Shown one piece after another: positions 24,531 through 38,530 of a DNA stretch of 64,000 nt. The translations under genes and the position numbers were made by a program. The stretch lies in contig NC_043006.1 in NCBI RefSeq assembly GCF_006345805.1, positions 44,764,001-44,828,000 on the forward strand. The letters run 5' to 3'. Every line of letters starts with the position of its first letter. Position 1 is the first letter of the stretch. Source of the stretch: Octopus sinensis (lineage: Eukaryota). The notes below the pieces were generated by a model that saw nothing but the letters and a program-made list of their open reading frames with translations, was not told the DNA's origin and searched no databases.

Positions 24531-25316
24531 ATATGATGTTTTGAGTGTATCCTTTAATTGATGTATAAAAGAATATATATATAAAAATATATAAGTGAAT
24601 GTGTATATGTATGCCTATAAATATATACATGTGTTTATATATATATGTATACATATATACATATGTATATTCATGTGTGTGTATGTATTCACAGACACAT
24701 ACAACATATATCCATACCAGATATCGAGTATCCCGTCGTTGCCGGGTAATTGTCCGGAATAGCACACCACATAAGTTGAATTTAATCAGTTTTGACAGGG
24801 ATTTTTCTCCCCACACCCTTGCAAATGAGGTGGAGAAGCTTTTAATGAAAACAATTTTTGAAAATTTATGTATCGTTCTTCCCCTCCGATTTTTATCGAC
24901 ATTGTTTTTTTTGTTGTACTATGCACTTCAAAGTGATAGGAGACATCCCTTTAGTAAAAAAAAATTTGAAATTTGAAAATTTATGAATTTTTCACCCACC
25001 CTACCCCCATGCAGCACAGATTTTGGCCAATGTTCCTTGTACTACGCACTTAAAAATGAGAGAGGCCTTGAAGGTTAAAAAAATAAAATAAAATAAAATG
25101 GAAATCGGTGATCACAATTAACATCCTCACTTCCTTTATTTTCAAACAGAAAAATGAAACGTAAATTAAAAACAATAGTGAAATTCTGCTTAAATATTTT
25201 TTTATATATAAAACCCCACCAGGCCCCATAAAATTTCGGCTTTCTTTCGAAATTTGTTTTAAACTTCTTACCACACAGTCACACTTGCGCCTCAGATTAT
25301 TCGATCACGAATATAT

Positions 25317-25356
<40 letters not shown>

Positions 25357-26690
25357 TCATATTCCACGAAGAATGATATAAGTGATACAGACAAGATATC
25401 AAAGAACCGGAAAAACGACGGATATGGTGAAAAGGAGAAAACGAATCCCCCAATAATGTAATTTCAGAAAGAAATGGTCTGGCAGATCCACAGCTCAACT
25501 AGAAAGGAAAAGAATGAGTTTATTAGTTTCTTTGTACACATTTGGACATGCTGGGCACCATATTTAAAAATATCGGAGCTCCAAATGAAAAGTCAGATAA
25601 AGACAGCAACACCACGATAAAGAAGCTAACACCTCTATCACAATAAGTTCATTTGTGTTGTGGAGAACACTGTTGATAGGGCACGGCAAAAGGTCACCGA
25701 CGGCGAGAGAAATGCCAGCAAGGTTAGTTAGATTAGAGGCCGAGGTAACCATATCTGACGGGTAAAGTGGGTAGAGTTTATATACAGTTTTCTACTTTCT
25801 TCCTTATAATCTGACCATAAAGATAAAATTGTAACTTATAGACCTTCATTTTTCTTTTTAGTTTCTTTATGTTTGTATTTTGTATCGATTATAATTATAT
25901 TTTGTCCGTCATTATATCTATGGGTTTAGTTTTTTTTCTGTAACAACAACGACTGCCTCCAACACTATTATCTCGAGAGCCGCGAGGACCAGGGGGAAAT
26001 GGAGAGGATGGAATCCACAACCCGGAGTCCAGCTCGCATGTGTGCAACTGACTGGGCCCCGGTAAAGACACTGACGGTGCCAGGTAGTGGCCGTACACTG
26101 TACCACAGATTAAATCTACCACCCAGGTAGGCCACGGCGGGATTTGAACTCAGAACGCTAATAACCGAAATATTGCAAGGAATCCACTCTAAAGTTCTCA
26201 CAGTGTCACCATTCAAATGTTCAGAGTTGCTGCGTTTTTTTTATCAACTTCGAATGAATGAGAGACGAAGTTAACCTCGGTAGAATTTGAACTCAGAGCG
26301 ACTAATATCAGAACAAACAACACAAGTCACGCTACAACTCTAACAGTTAAACTAATTTGCAGCATTTGTTGTTGCTGTTGTTGTTTCTGTTGTTTTTGTT
26401 TTTTAGCTTCGAGTCAACACTCTTCAAGGAGGTCTGTGATGAAAGCCGCTCCGGTCTTCGCTTTATGTATATTAAAGCCAATACTGTCCAACAAATAGTT
26501 GTTTTGTTTAAAACGTTATGTTGCTATAAATAGCAATCATGCATACCGCAAAAAACAAGACACGATTATACGATTATAAAAAAAGAACTATTTATTGGAC
26601 AATATAGATCCTGATATACTTAAACGATAGGATGGTCAAAAGTAGAAGACTCTTGTTCATTGATACCCTTGGAGGGTGTGGACCGGAAAC

Positions 26691-26960
26691 GGATCTTTTC
26701 GGTTTGAACGGCAGTTTTTAACATAATTTCCACGTGACTAAACACTTTTAAACTTCGTATACTGGTAGAATGTGTTTATAAAACATCTTGGATCTTTTCC
26801 TTTTGAAAGCCAGATTTTCCTAGTTAACTAAACAATTTGAAACTTCGTATACTGGTAGAATGTGTCAAAAGAAAACATAATTGTAAACCAAAATGAAAAC
26901 GGAATTGTAATTTCTAAGTTTAACGTTGTTTAAAAATTCGAATTTTAACCAATGATATTC
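26691..26960. mobile_element. Two tandem left ends of the GGATC MITE family
   Basis: GGATCTTTTC...AAACTTCGTATACTGGTAGAATGTG at 26691 and ~26789. Confidence 0.7.
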
Positions 26961-28532
26961 TTTCTTTCGGCCTCATATTATTTATTGCTTCTCAAAATAT
27001 GGTTACTGTGACGTAAACAACTATTTTGTGACGTAGTTAACATAGCTAAAATGTAAACATCACCGTCCCATATAACAAAGTCCTAAACAGACAGAATAAT
27101 AATAAAAATACGGCGGGCTTTCGAAATAGCTGTCGAGAATAAAATGAAATTTTTGGTAAATTTTTGGAGGGGTTTAGGTAATTTTCGTCACTCTAAAATA
27201 CATGTAATTCGCATTAAATCTTATTTTTCTGAAAAATCCACGTTTTAAAACATTTTAACTGCCCACCACTTCATCGTGCCTTTGGAGTAGGTGTCACACT
27301 TGGGATGGTCAAACCTAGAATACCTTTCATCATAGGTAATTGCTTGGAGTTCACCTTGAGAGCTAAAACTATATATTTAGTTTTGATATAAAAAATAAAA
27401 TTGCACAAAATTTTGGCACAAGACCAACAATTTGGGCGGAGGGGTTAATCGATTACATTGACTGGTACTTAATTGATCATGAAAGGTAAAGTCGACGACG
27501 ACGGTAACGTGAGGTGTCGGAAGAAATGCCACAAGGTATTTTGTCCGACGCACGAACGATTCTGCCAGCTTGCCCCACCCCTTCCTTAATAATATTTCTT
27601 TCCCCAATAAGTACAAGGCCTGAAGCTGATGGGAAGAACTAGTCGATTGTATTCAACTGGTACTTATTCTATAAGCGCCGCCCGAAAGAAGGAAAGCTCA
27701 GCAATATTCGAACACGGAACGTAAAGATTCGTAAGAAATGACGCTAGGCATTTTATCCGATGCACTACCGATTCTGCCAGCTTTACATTATATTTTTCAT
27801 CGAAGTTTAACTATGTCACCTTGATGATATATTTTTACGCGTGGACAAATAATAGAGAGATAATGTGGATCAGATGATATTACATGCTGACAAGGGCTTG
27901 GTAAAGGACTGTTAGAATGTTTAGGGATACGGTCCTATACGTTCGGGTTTCAACCCTCACCGGAATTCAAAACAAGCCGTCTGTTCTTCCAAGGTCGAGA
28001 AAATACATCGATCAAGTACTGGAGATCGATATAAATGATTATACCCTCCACTCACCCCAAAATATATGTTTTGTGTCTATAATCAATATTACAAATATAT
28101 TGTTATTGCTATTTAACTCAGGTCATCCTGATAAACCCGGTTGAGGATCAAAGGGTTCCAACTATGACCAACCCGTATTTTTGCGCCCCCCCTTTTTTTT
28201 CAGATATAGCATCTATGATTATATTAGCCAATGTACCCTTCCTTTAACCCAGTAGTATATGGTTTTAAGGGGATTTGGGTGTTATTCCTAGCACATCGAC
28301 GAGCGAAAACGCAGAGGGGCCCTGATTATGTGCGAGTATGCGTATGGATGGGTACGTGTGTGTATGTGGGTGCATACAAGCCAAATAACCGGTTCAAGGC
28401 GTGTGTTAAACTGAAGAATCAAAGCGTGTGCACAAGTTTATAGTAAATATATACATTGTATAGAGAAAACATCCGAAGCCTATACAAAAACACTGAATAT
28501 GTGTTTATTATTCATCCAAAGTAAACGTCACA

Positions 28533-28585
28533 AAACATATTGTTACTGTGACGTAAACAGCTTACGTCACAGTAACAATATGTTT
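28533..28585. repeat. Perfect 24-bp hairpin with 5-nt loop
   Basis: AAACATATTGTTACTGTGACGTAA-ACAGC-TTACGTCACAGTAACAATATGTTT. Confidence 0.9.
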
Positions 28586-29022
28586 AGACGGAGCAAATAA
28601 TTTCAACTCAATACAGAGAATACGATTGAAGTGATAACTCAAGGTAACCAGTCCAACGTTCGTACAGTTCTGTCAATGTACTGTACTGAGCGTTACTTTT
28701 TGTATTGATCTCCAAAGTATGAAAAAGCACAGCCAATCTTGATAGAATTTGATCTCATAGCAATGAATGTCTGGACAAATATAACGCGAACAATTTTATC
28801 CAACACTCTAATGACACGGCTTATTCGCGCCTTTTCTTGTTTTTGTTGTTGCTATTCTTTAGTCACTCAGCAACACTCTTCGAGATGATCAATGGCCAAA
28901 GCTGCCCCAAGCTTGACCAGCCTATCTTTTGTTGTAAGTACACCAGGATCTATGATGTTTTTTTTTAAATAGTAAGGTTGTGCTTTTGAAAACATCTCTA
29001 CGGACCGCCCGTGTTGTTACAA

Positions 29023-29079
<57 letters not shown>

Positions 29080-29953
29080 ACACGCACATATATATACACA
29101 CACACACGCGCACACACACACACGCACAGACACACACACACTCGCACAAGCAGAAGCCGCCAAAAGCACTGCACTCTGTGGTCAGGTTATTAGGTTACAA
29201 AGATAAATAAATCGTGATGTGATTAACTGAACTATGCAAGTGTGTACATTGGAATATCTATGTATAAATCTGGGAAAAGGTTATCTGTTAACGTGAACAT
29301 ACACGTAAGAGCGTTCGTTTGTGGTTTATTCAACTTGGTGTGAACGTGCGAATGTGAATCACGACATGTAAAGAGGCGTGAAGACGCAATTGATACCCGA
29401 TCGTTTTGTGAGCATCCATACGTGTGAATTGTAGTAGTTTTAGCACTAATAGTTTGAGTGCCTGTCAACAGTATGTATACTTTCTCCCCTTTCAGTTGAC
29501 ACAAACACTCTCCTGTACTTTTTAGGAAGGTATTGGGTTGTCCGGAAAGTTCGTACCGATTTTTAAAGGAAAGAAAAAGGTCAATAAATACTTGCAATTA
29601 AATTTTTAATCAACGAAATATGAACCATTTTGTTGCACAATGCGTCTCCATCTTTCCTTTAACTTGAAAATACCCTCTTCCCAGAATTGAGGTGGTTTCA
29701 TGGCAAAGAATTCATCAAGGTATCTTTTTACGTCATCCAAAGAATTGAAATTTTTACCATTAAAACTATTCTGCAGAGACCTGAATAAGTGGAAATCCGA
29801 AGGAGCAATATCTGGTGGATATGGAGGGTGGGGTAACACATCCCAGCCGAGCTGCAGCAATTTTGTCTGGTTCCCAAAGCATCAAGTGCCGAAAATGAAC
29901 TTTCTTATCTTCCATTTTAAAGGGTTACATAATTAACAAAGGTTATAGGAATA

Positions 29954-30117
29954 TAGGCGCAGGAGTAGCTGTGTGGTAAGTAGCTTGCTTACCAACCACA
30001 TGGTTCCGGGTTCATCCCACTGCATGGCACCTTGGGCAAGTGTCTTCTACTTTAGCCTCGCGCCGACCAAAGACTTGAGTGGATTTCGTAGACGGAAACT
30101 GAAAGAAGCCCGTCGTA

Positions 30118-30159
<42 letters not shown>

Positions 30160-30375
30160 AATGTGTTTGTGTGTCGGTGTTTGTCCCCACAACATCGCTT
30201 GACAACCGATGCTGGTGTGTTTACGTCCCCGTAACTTAGCGGTTCAGCAAAAGAGACCGATAGATAAAGTACTAGGCTTACGAGGAATAAGTCCTGGGGT
30301 CGATTTGCTCGAATAAAGGTGGTGCTCCAGCATGAGGCAATCAAATGATTGAAACAAGTAAAAGAGTAAAGAGTA
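29954..30375 (+). mobile_element. SINE E, full length
   Basis: TAGGCGCAGGAGTAGCTGTGTGG...internal (TA)n(TG)n...GAAACAAGTAAAAGAGTAAAGAGTA. Confidence 0.9.
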
Positions 30376-30455
30376 TAAACTAAATGGAGGTGTAGTCAAA
30401 TCCTATGTAATGGACTCAACCATGTTCTAAAATAAGTCGGAAGGTAACCTGCTAT

Positions 30456-32027
30456 TCGAGAGGGTAAGGGGAGGAATGGGAGGAAGGAATGTCGAACATT
30501 CAAGAGAGGGAGATTTGAGAAGGGAAGGGGAGGAAGAGGAGGAAGGAATGCTGAACATTCCAGAGAGGAGGATTTGAGAGGGGAAGGGGAGGAAGAGGTG
30601 GAAGGAATGCTGAACATTCCAGAGAGGAGGATTTGAGAGGGGAAGGGGAGGAAGAGGAGGAAGGAATGTTGAACATTCCAGACAGGGGGATTTGAGAGGT
30701 AAAGGGGAGGAAGGGGAGGAAGGAATGACGTACATTCCAGAGAGGGGGAGTAAAGAGGTGAAGGGGAGGATGGGGAGGAAATAATGTTGAACATTCCAGA
30801 GAAAGGGATTTGAGAGGGGAAGCGCGGAGGAAGGAATGCTGAACATTCCAGAGAGGAGGATTTGAGAGGGGAAGGGGAGGAAGAGGAGGAAGGAATGCTG
30901 AACATTCCAGAGAGGAGGATTTGAGAGGGGAAGGGGAGGAAGAGGAGGAAGGAATGTTGAACATTCCAGACAGGGGGATTTGAGAGGTAAAGGGGAGGAA
31001 GGGGAGGAAGGAATGACGTACATTCCAGAGAGGGGGAGTAAAGAGGTGAAGGGGAGGATGGGGAGGAAGGAATGTTGAACATTCCAGAGAAAGGGATTTG
31101 AGAGGGGAAGCGGAGGAAGGAATGCTGACCAGAGAGGGGGATTTGAGAGGGGAAGGGGAAGAAGGGGAGGAATGAATGCTGAACATTCCTGAGAGGGGGA
31201 TTTGAGAGGTGAAGGGGTGTAAGGAATGCTGAACATTCCAGAGGGGAATTTGAGAGTTGATGAGGAGGAAGGGGCTGAAGGAACGTTGACCATTCCAGAG
31301 AGGAGGATTTGAGAGGGGAAGGAGAGGAATGAATGTTGGACATTCCAGAGAGGGGGGTTTGAGAGGTGAAGGGGAAGAAGGGGAGGAATGAATGCTGAAC
31401 ATTCCAGAGAAGGGGATTTGAGAGGGGAAGCGGAGGAAGGAATGCTGACCAGAGAGGGGGATTTGAGAGGGGAAGGGGAAGAAGGGGAGGAATGAATGCT
31501 GAACATTCCTGAGAATGGGGATTTGAGAGGTGAAGGGGAGGAAGGAATGTTGAACATTCCAGAGAGGGGGATTAGAGAGGTGAAGGGGAGGAAATGGAGG
31601 ATGGGATGTTGAACATTCCAGAGAGATATTTTTGAGGTGAAGGGGAGGAAGGGGAGGAAGGAATGCTGAACATTCCAGAGAGGGGTATTTGAGAGGTGAA
31701 GGGGAGGAACGGGAGGAAGGAATGTTGAACATTCCAAAGAGGGGGATTTGAGAGAGGAAGGGGTGGAAGGGTAGGAAGGAATGCTGAACATTCCTGAGAA
31801 GGGGATTTGAGAGGTGAAGGGGAGAAAGGAATGTTGAACATTCCAACGAAGGGGATTTGATAGGGGAAGGGGAGGAAGGGGAGGAAGGAATGTTAAACAT
31901 TCTAGAGAGGGGGATTTGAGAGGTGATGGGGAGGAAGGGGAGGAAGAATTGCTTAACATTCCAGAGAGGGAGATTTGAGAGGTGAAGGGGAGGAAGGGGA
32001 AGAAGGAATGCTGAACATTCCAGAGAG
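30456..32027. repeat. Purine-rich minisatellite, ~59-bp unit with shorter variants, about 30 copies
   Basis: GAACATTCC recurs at 30494, 30553, 30612, 30671 and onward. Unit GGAATGCTGAACATTCCAGAGAGGGGGATTTGAGAGG(G/T)GAA(GGGGAGGAA)1-2. Some blocks are repeated at higher order. Confidence 0.95.
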
Positions 32028-32334
32028 GGACAACCCAATAGTTTTGCTTCATTTGAATTTCGTTTGATTCTGTTCATATTCCTCATTATTACCCATTTCG
32101 GAAAGCTCTCTTCTTGCCACCGACTGTCGTTCGTTTTTTTTTTATTGATTATTGATTATATTTTATCGATTATATTAAGTTTCTCAAATTTTACCTACTC
32201 TATATTATGTGTAAAAAAAATGAGTCATGTTCTAATTCTTCCAGTAATCTTGAGAGATGAATCCAAATAGATCTGAAGAGTAATGTCCTCTCTTCTGTAT
32301 GTTATCGTATGACGATATGAATATATTGAGTGTG

Positions 32335-32366
<32 letters not shown>

Positions 32367-32420
32367 TGTATGTATGTATGTATGTATGTATGTATGTATG
32401 TATGTATGTATGTATGTATG

Positions 32421-33279
32421 TACAGGGTGATTGAAACGTAACTCTCTATTTTAAAATACAATTTATTTATTAACTATAGTTTTTTTTCCAAATTTGTTGT
32501 GTATGTTCTTCAATGAATGGGAACTGATTCTATGTTTTTTTTTTTGAGATCGATTATTTTGGTTGAAATTTAGAAGCCCTACAAACACGGTCTGGTCTCT
32601 TTACAAATATCTTCTGGAACGATGAAGGGGTATTCCATATCGGCGGGTTTGTGAACCGTCGAAACTGCCACTACTGGGCAGGAGAAGGTCCGAGTATTAC
32701 CTCTAAAAAAATGCAGACTCGGCCCAAGGTAACAGTATGGTGTGGAATGACTTCGGACAGGATTGTGAGTCCTTTCATGCTCTTTGTAACATTATGATTG
32801 CAGAAAGGTACCTCATCACGCTGCAAGATAAAATCTGGCCAGTTATCTGTACTTGGGAGAATATTAAAGATTTGATTTTTATGCAATGTGGAGCTCCTCC
32901 ACATTTTGTTATTGTTGTTCGTGAATGGCTGAATGTCCACTTCCTTGGGAGATGGATGGGACGTCGAGGTCCGCATGATTGGCCGGCCAGAAGGCCTGAT
33001 TTAATATCCTGCAACTTTTTTCTTTGGGGTTGGTTAAAGGAGCAAGTCTACTCTACCAAACCAACAACTTTGGAAGAACTTGAAGGGCGAATACGAAAAA
33101 TTATGTCATCCATCCTACAAGAGTTCCTGATGAAATCAGTTGATGCGGTTCCCGGGCGGTTTGTGAAGCTGGTGCGAATGCTATACGCTTTCTTCACATA
33201 TTCCTTTTTCTAAAAATTATAGTTAATAAATAAATTATAAGTATTTTAAAATAGAGAGTTACTTTTCAATCACCTTGTA
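32421..33279 (+). mobile_element. Tc1/mariner DD41D (rosa-type) element, internally deleted, in (TATG)n
   Basis: ~55-bp TIRs TACAGGGTGATTGAAACGTAACTCTCTATTTTAAAATAC. FMQ(C)GAPPHF to WPARRPDLISC(N)FFLWG spacing is 41 residues, with both catalytic Asp mutated. Confidence 0.8.
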
Positions 33280-33858
33280 TGTATGTATTTATGGATATAT
33301 ATGTGTAATATAAAGGATACCCACAAAAACGTTCTCTGATTTCATGACGCTGTGATATCTAAAGTAATTAAAATATATTGATAAATATGGTATCCACAGA
33401 TTCCCTCACAACAATATTTACTTTTATTTTCAGGTGAGTTACCGTTGGTTAAAGGAGCAAGTCTACTCTACCAAACCAACAACTTTGGAAGAACTTGAAG
33501 GGCGAATACGAAAAATTATGTCATCCATCCTACAAGAGTTCCTGATGAAATCAGTTGATGCGGTTCCCGGGCGGTTTGAGAAGCTGGTGCGAATGCTATA
33601 CGCTTTCTTCACATATTCCTTTTTCTAAAAATTATAGTTAATAAATAAATTATAAGTATTTTAAAATAGAGAGTTACTTTTCAATCACCTTGTATGTATG
33701 TATTTATGGATATATATGTGTAATATAAAGGATACCCACAAAAACGTTCTCTGATTTCATGACGCTGTGATATCTAAAGTAATTAAAATATATTGATAAA
33801 TATGGTATCCACAGATTCCCTCACAACAATATTTACTTTTATTTTCAGGTGAGTTACC
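33029..33858. repeat. Near-identical 415-bp tandem duplication (33029-33443 / 33444-33858)
   Basis: It covers the 3' part of the rosa element plus flank. One substitution was seen (TTTGTGAAG vs TTTGAGAAG), and the junction has GT microhomology. Confidence 0.9.
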
Positions 33859-34004
33859 GTCTTTCACGTGAACGCAAGGAAGTCCAAGATGGCTGACTCA
33901 CCACAGCAACGCAGCTGGTGTGTATTTGTCGACACACAGTATGTATGAATGTACACTTTGGAAACACCGGCAAGAAACTTACCAGGAATGGGACCAAAAC
34001 ATAA

Positions 34005-34390
34005 CGAAACGGGATGGACTCGAGACAAGACCGTTAGTGGACGGATATGGGTCAACGCAATAAAGAGAATAAAGGCTTAGGGCTACACCAGAACAACAAT
34101 CAAAATGAAAATAATGCATATAAAGCAAAAATTAGACTTAGACAAAAATAGGTAACGCAAAGGAGAAATGAAAACTGTCCTAAAGGACTATAGACACGGG
34201 AGGGGTAGAGCGAGGTGCTCAGAAAATCGTGACCAGTCCGATCGAAGGCAACACGAACATAGAATGATACCGTCTTAGGCCATCACGTATCATTTTAATT
34301 GTTGTCGTCGTGTCGCCCTAAGCCTTTATCCTGTTTATTGTTTTATCCCTTGTCCGTCCACTAACGGTCTCTTTTCGAGTCCATCCCGGC
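34005..34390. repeat. Imperfect inverted repeat, ~80-bp arms
   Basis: CGGGATGGACTCGAG...GACCGTTAGTGGACGGA...TAAAGGCTTAGGGC / GCCCTAAGCCTTTA...TCCGTCCACTAACGGTC...CGAGTCCATCCCG. Confidence 0.8.
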
Positions 34391-34544
34391 AAGAGTGGAA
34401 GCAATATTATCGATAATGACCGAAATTGCGCATGAGATCGATAATACTATTAAAAATACTATCGCTGGTGGCAGCGAGTATATGCCGTATAGGCAAATTA
34501 ATATGATATATATATTATATATATATATATATATTATATATATA

Positions 34545-34797
34545 TATCACCGTGACCGACCAGGCTGTCAGATGTTGCTACACATCGCTGGTCACAATGC
34601 GCTTCGCATTGTTTTAGCCTTCAAATGACGCCACCCCGCTGGCTAAGCGAGCAGGCCAACAGAAGAAAGAGTGAGAGAAAGTTGTGGCGAAGGATTACAG
34701 CAGGGATTGCCACCACCCCTTCCGGAGCCTCGTGGAGCTTTAGGTGTTTTCAGTCAATAAACACTCACAACGCCCGGTCTGGGAATCGAAACCGCGA
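34545..34797 (-). mobile_element. SINE head B (5'-truncated) with tail Z
   Basis: The head-B body is followed by CTGTTGGCCTGCTCGCTTAGCCAGCGGGGTGGCG...GGTCGGTCACGGTGAT. Confidence 0.75.
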
Positions 34798-35283
34798 TAT
34801 ATATATTTATTTATTTGTACAAAAGAAGTTTGAAAACGCCACTATATTAGATAAATTTTAATTTTCTTATGAATTTTACATGTTTCGGTTCTTGAAAAAA
34901 CGAACCTTATCAAAAATATTATACAAAGTGAAAATTGAAAAGTTCATAATCGTTTCTTACTGTTCTCAATAGAATCCATGTGGTGGTGTTTTGTCGGTAG
35001 TTGGTATAATCGCTATATTCCTGTTGAGTGTATTGAAGAAGTCCATTATTGTTTCTTGCTGGTATTAAAAGGAACCTCTTTTTTGTTACCTTGTGTTCCA
35101 ATGGTAGCAACAGTAGTGATTGTTGGTCGTAATTTTGGCAACCTTGGTGGTGGTTGGGGTTAGTAGTAGAGGACTGTTGATCATAGCAGCAAAAGTGGTG
35201 GGTTCACTGGCACTGTTCACTGACGTCACATAATTCCAAACCAATCAAAACCAAACTTCAACGAATACAAGGTAAAGACCCCC

Positions 35284-35480
35284 AACTGTATCCTGTAAGG
35301 AAACCAACCAAGTAGAACGACAAGCTTGACCACGAAAGAAAAACGTCATCAATTTTTTAACGAATCAAAATCAGCTCTGACCCATAACTGTCTCCTGTAA
35401 GGAAACCAACCAAGCAGAACGACAAGCTTGACCACGGAAGAAAAACGCCATCAATTTTTTAACGAATCAAAATCAGCTCT
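35284..35480. repeat. ~102-bp tandem duplication
   Basis: AACTGT(A/C)TCCTGTAAGGAAACCAACCAAG...AAAATCAGCTCTG occurs at 35284 and 35386. Confidence 0.85.
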
Positions 35481-35860
35481 GCTCGCAGAAAAAAATTTCT
35501 TTATGGGAGTGACTGTTTAAAGATCTGAGAAATTGTAATTCCACAATTGTAATTGTGGTAGAATTTCATTTTTCCTTTTCGGAAGACCAATGTTTTGTTT
35601 TAATATTCCTGGCCCAGGGTGTTCAAATTTGGTCTAAATTTTTTGATGAAATAAAGTTCTTTATTTTGGCGTTGGGTGAAGGTTACGCTGTCACTGAATT
35701 TGTAAAGTGGGTAAGTTGTAAATTTCGGATTTTCATAAAATATTCGCGTTGTTATACTTCTTACCTGCAAAATAAATCACATTTTATAAAATCGACACCG
35801 CAAACCGCGCATATATATACATACACACATACACACATACATACATATACACACACACAC

Positions 35861-37946
<2,086 letters not shown>

Positions 37947-38099
37947 ATATATATATATATATTATATACATTCATGCAAAAGTACTACATGAGCATCTGC
38001 ATCGCTAAAAGTAGAAGTCAAAAATAATTCTATGCCACGGAATATTCACAAAATTAATATAGGCATGACAGGAAAAAGATTCATTCAGTGAACAATAAT

Positions 38100-38530
38100 C
38101 TTTTCTACTCTAGGAACAAGGCCCGAAAGTTTGGGGGAGAGGGGCAGTCGATTAGATCGACCTCAGTATGCAACTGGTTCTTAATTTATCGACCCCGAAA
38201 GGATGAAAGGCAAAGTCGACCTCGGTGGAATTTGAACTCAAAACGTAAAGACAGACGAAATACTGCTAACCATTTCGCCCAGCGTGCTAACGATTCTTAT
38301 TTATTTATTGCCCACAATGGGCTAAACACAGAGAGGACAAACAAGGACAGACAAACGGATTAAGTTGATTAGATCGACCCCAATGCGTAACTGGTACTTA
38401 TTTAATCGACTCCGAAATGATGAAAGGCAAAGTCGATCTCGGCGGAATTTGAACTCAGAACGTAGCGGCAGACGAAATACCGCTAAGAATTTCGCCCGGT
38501 GTACTAACGATTCTGCCATTTCGCCGCCTT
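38100..38530 (-). mobile_element. Two tandem SINE A copies
   Basis: Two cores ATCGAC(C/T)CCGAAA(G/T)GATGAAAGGCAAAGTCGA near 38190 and 38410. Confidence 0.85.

Larger units (their letters stand above)
29531..32040 (-). mobile_element. Internally deleted DD34D mariner carrying a nested SINE and a minisatellite
   Basis: TIR TATTGGGTTGTCCGGAAAGTTCG at 29531. ORF 29606-29860 reads WDVLPHPPYPPDIAPSDFHLFRSLQ. The terminal GGACAACCCAATA of the other TIR is at 32028-32040. Confidence 0.8.

Noticed and set aside
25564-25752. Class A GPCR TM2-like motif SLAVGDLL followed by LELRYF
   Set aside because: Only 40 residues separate the Asp and the Arg, too few for TM2-TM3, and the other motifs are missing. 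Kept only as an anonymous exon candidate.
30396-32086. 500+ aa Pro/Ser/Leu-rich ORFs on the minus strand
   Set aside because: They are open in several frames because the pyrimidine-rich minisatellite strand lacks stop codons. There is no coding evidence.
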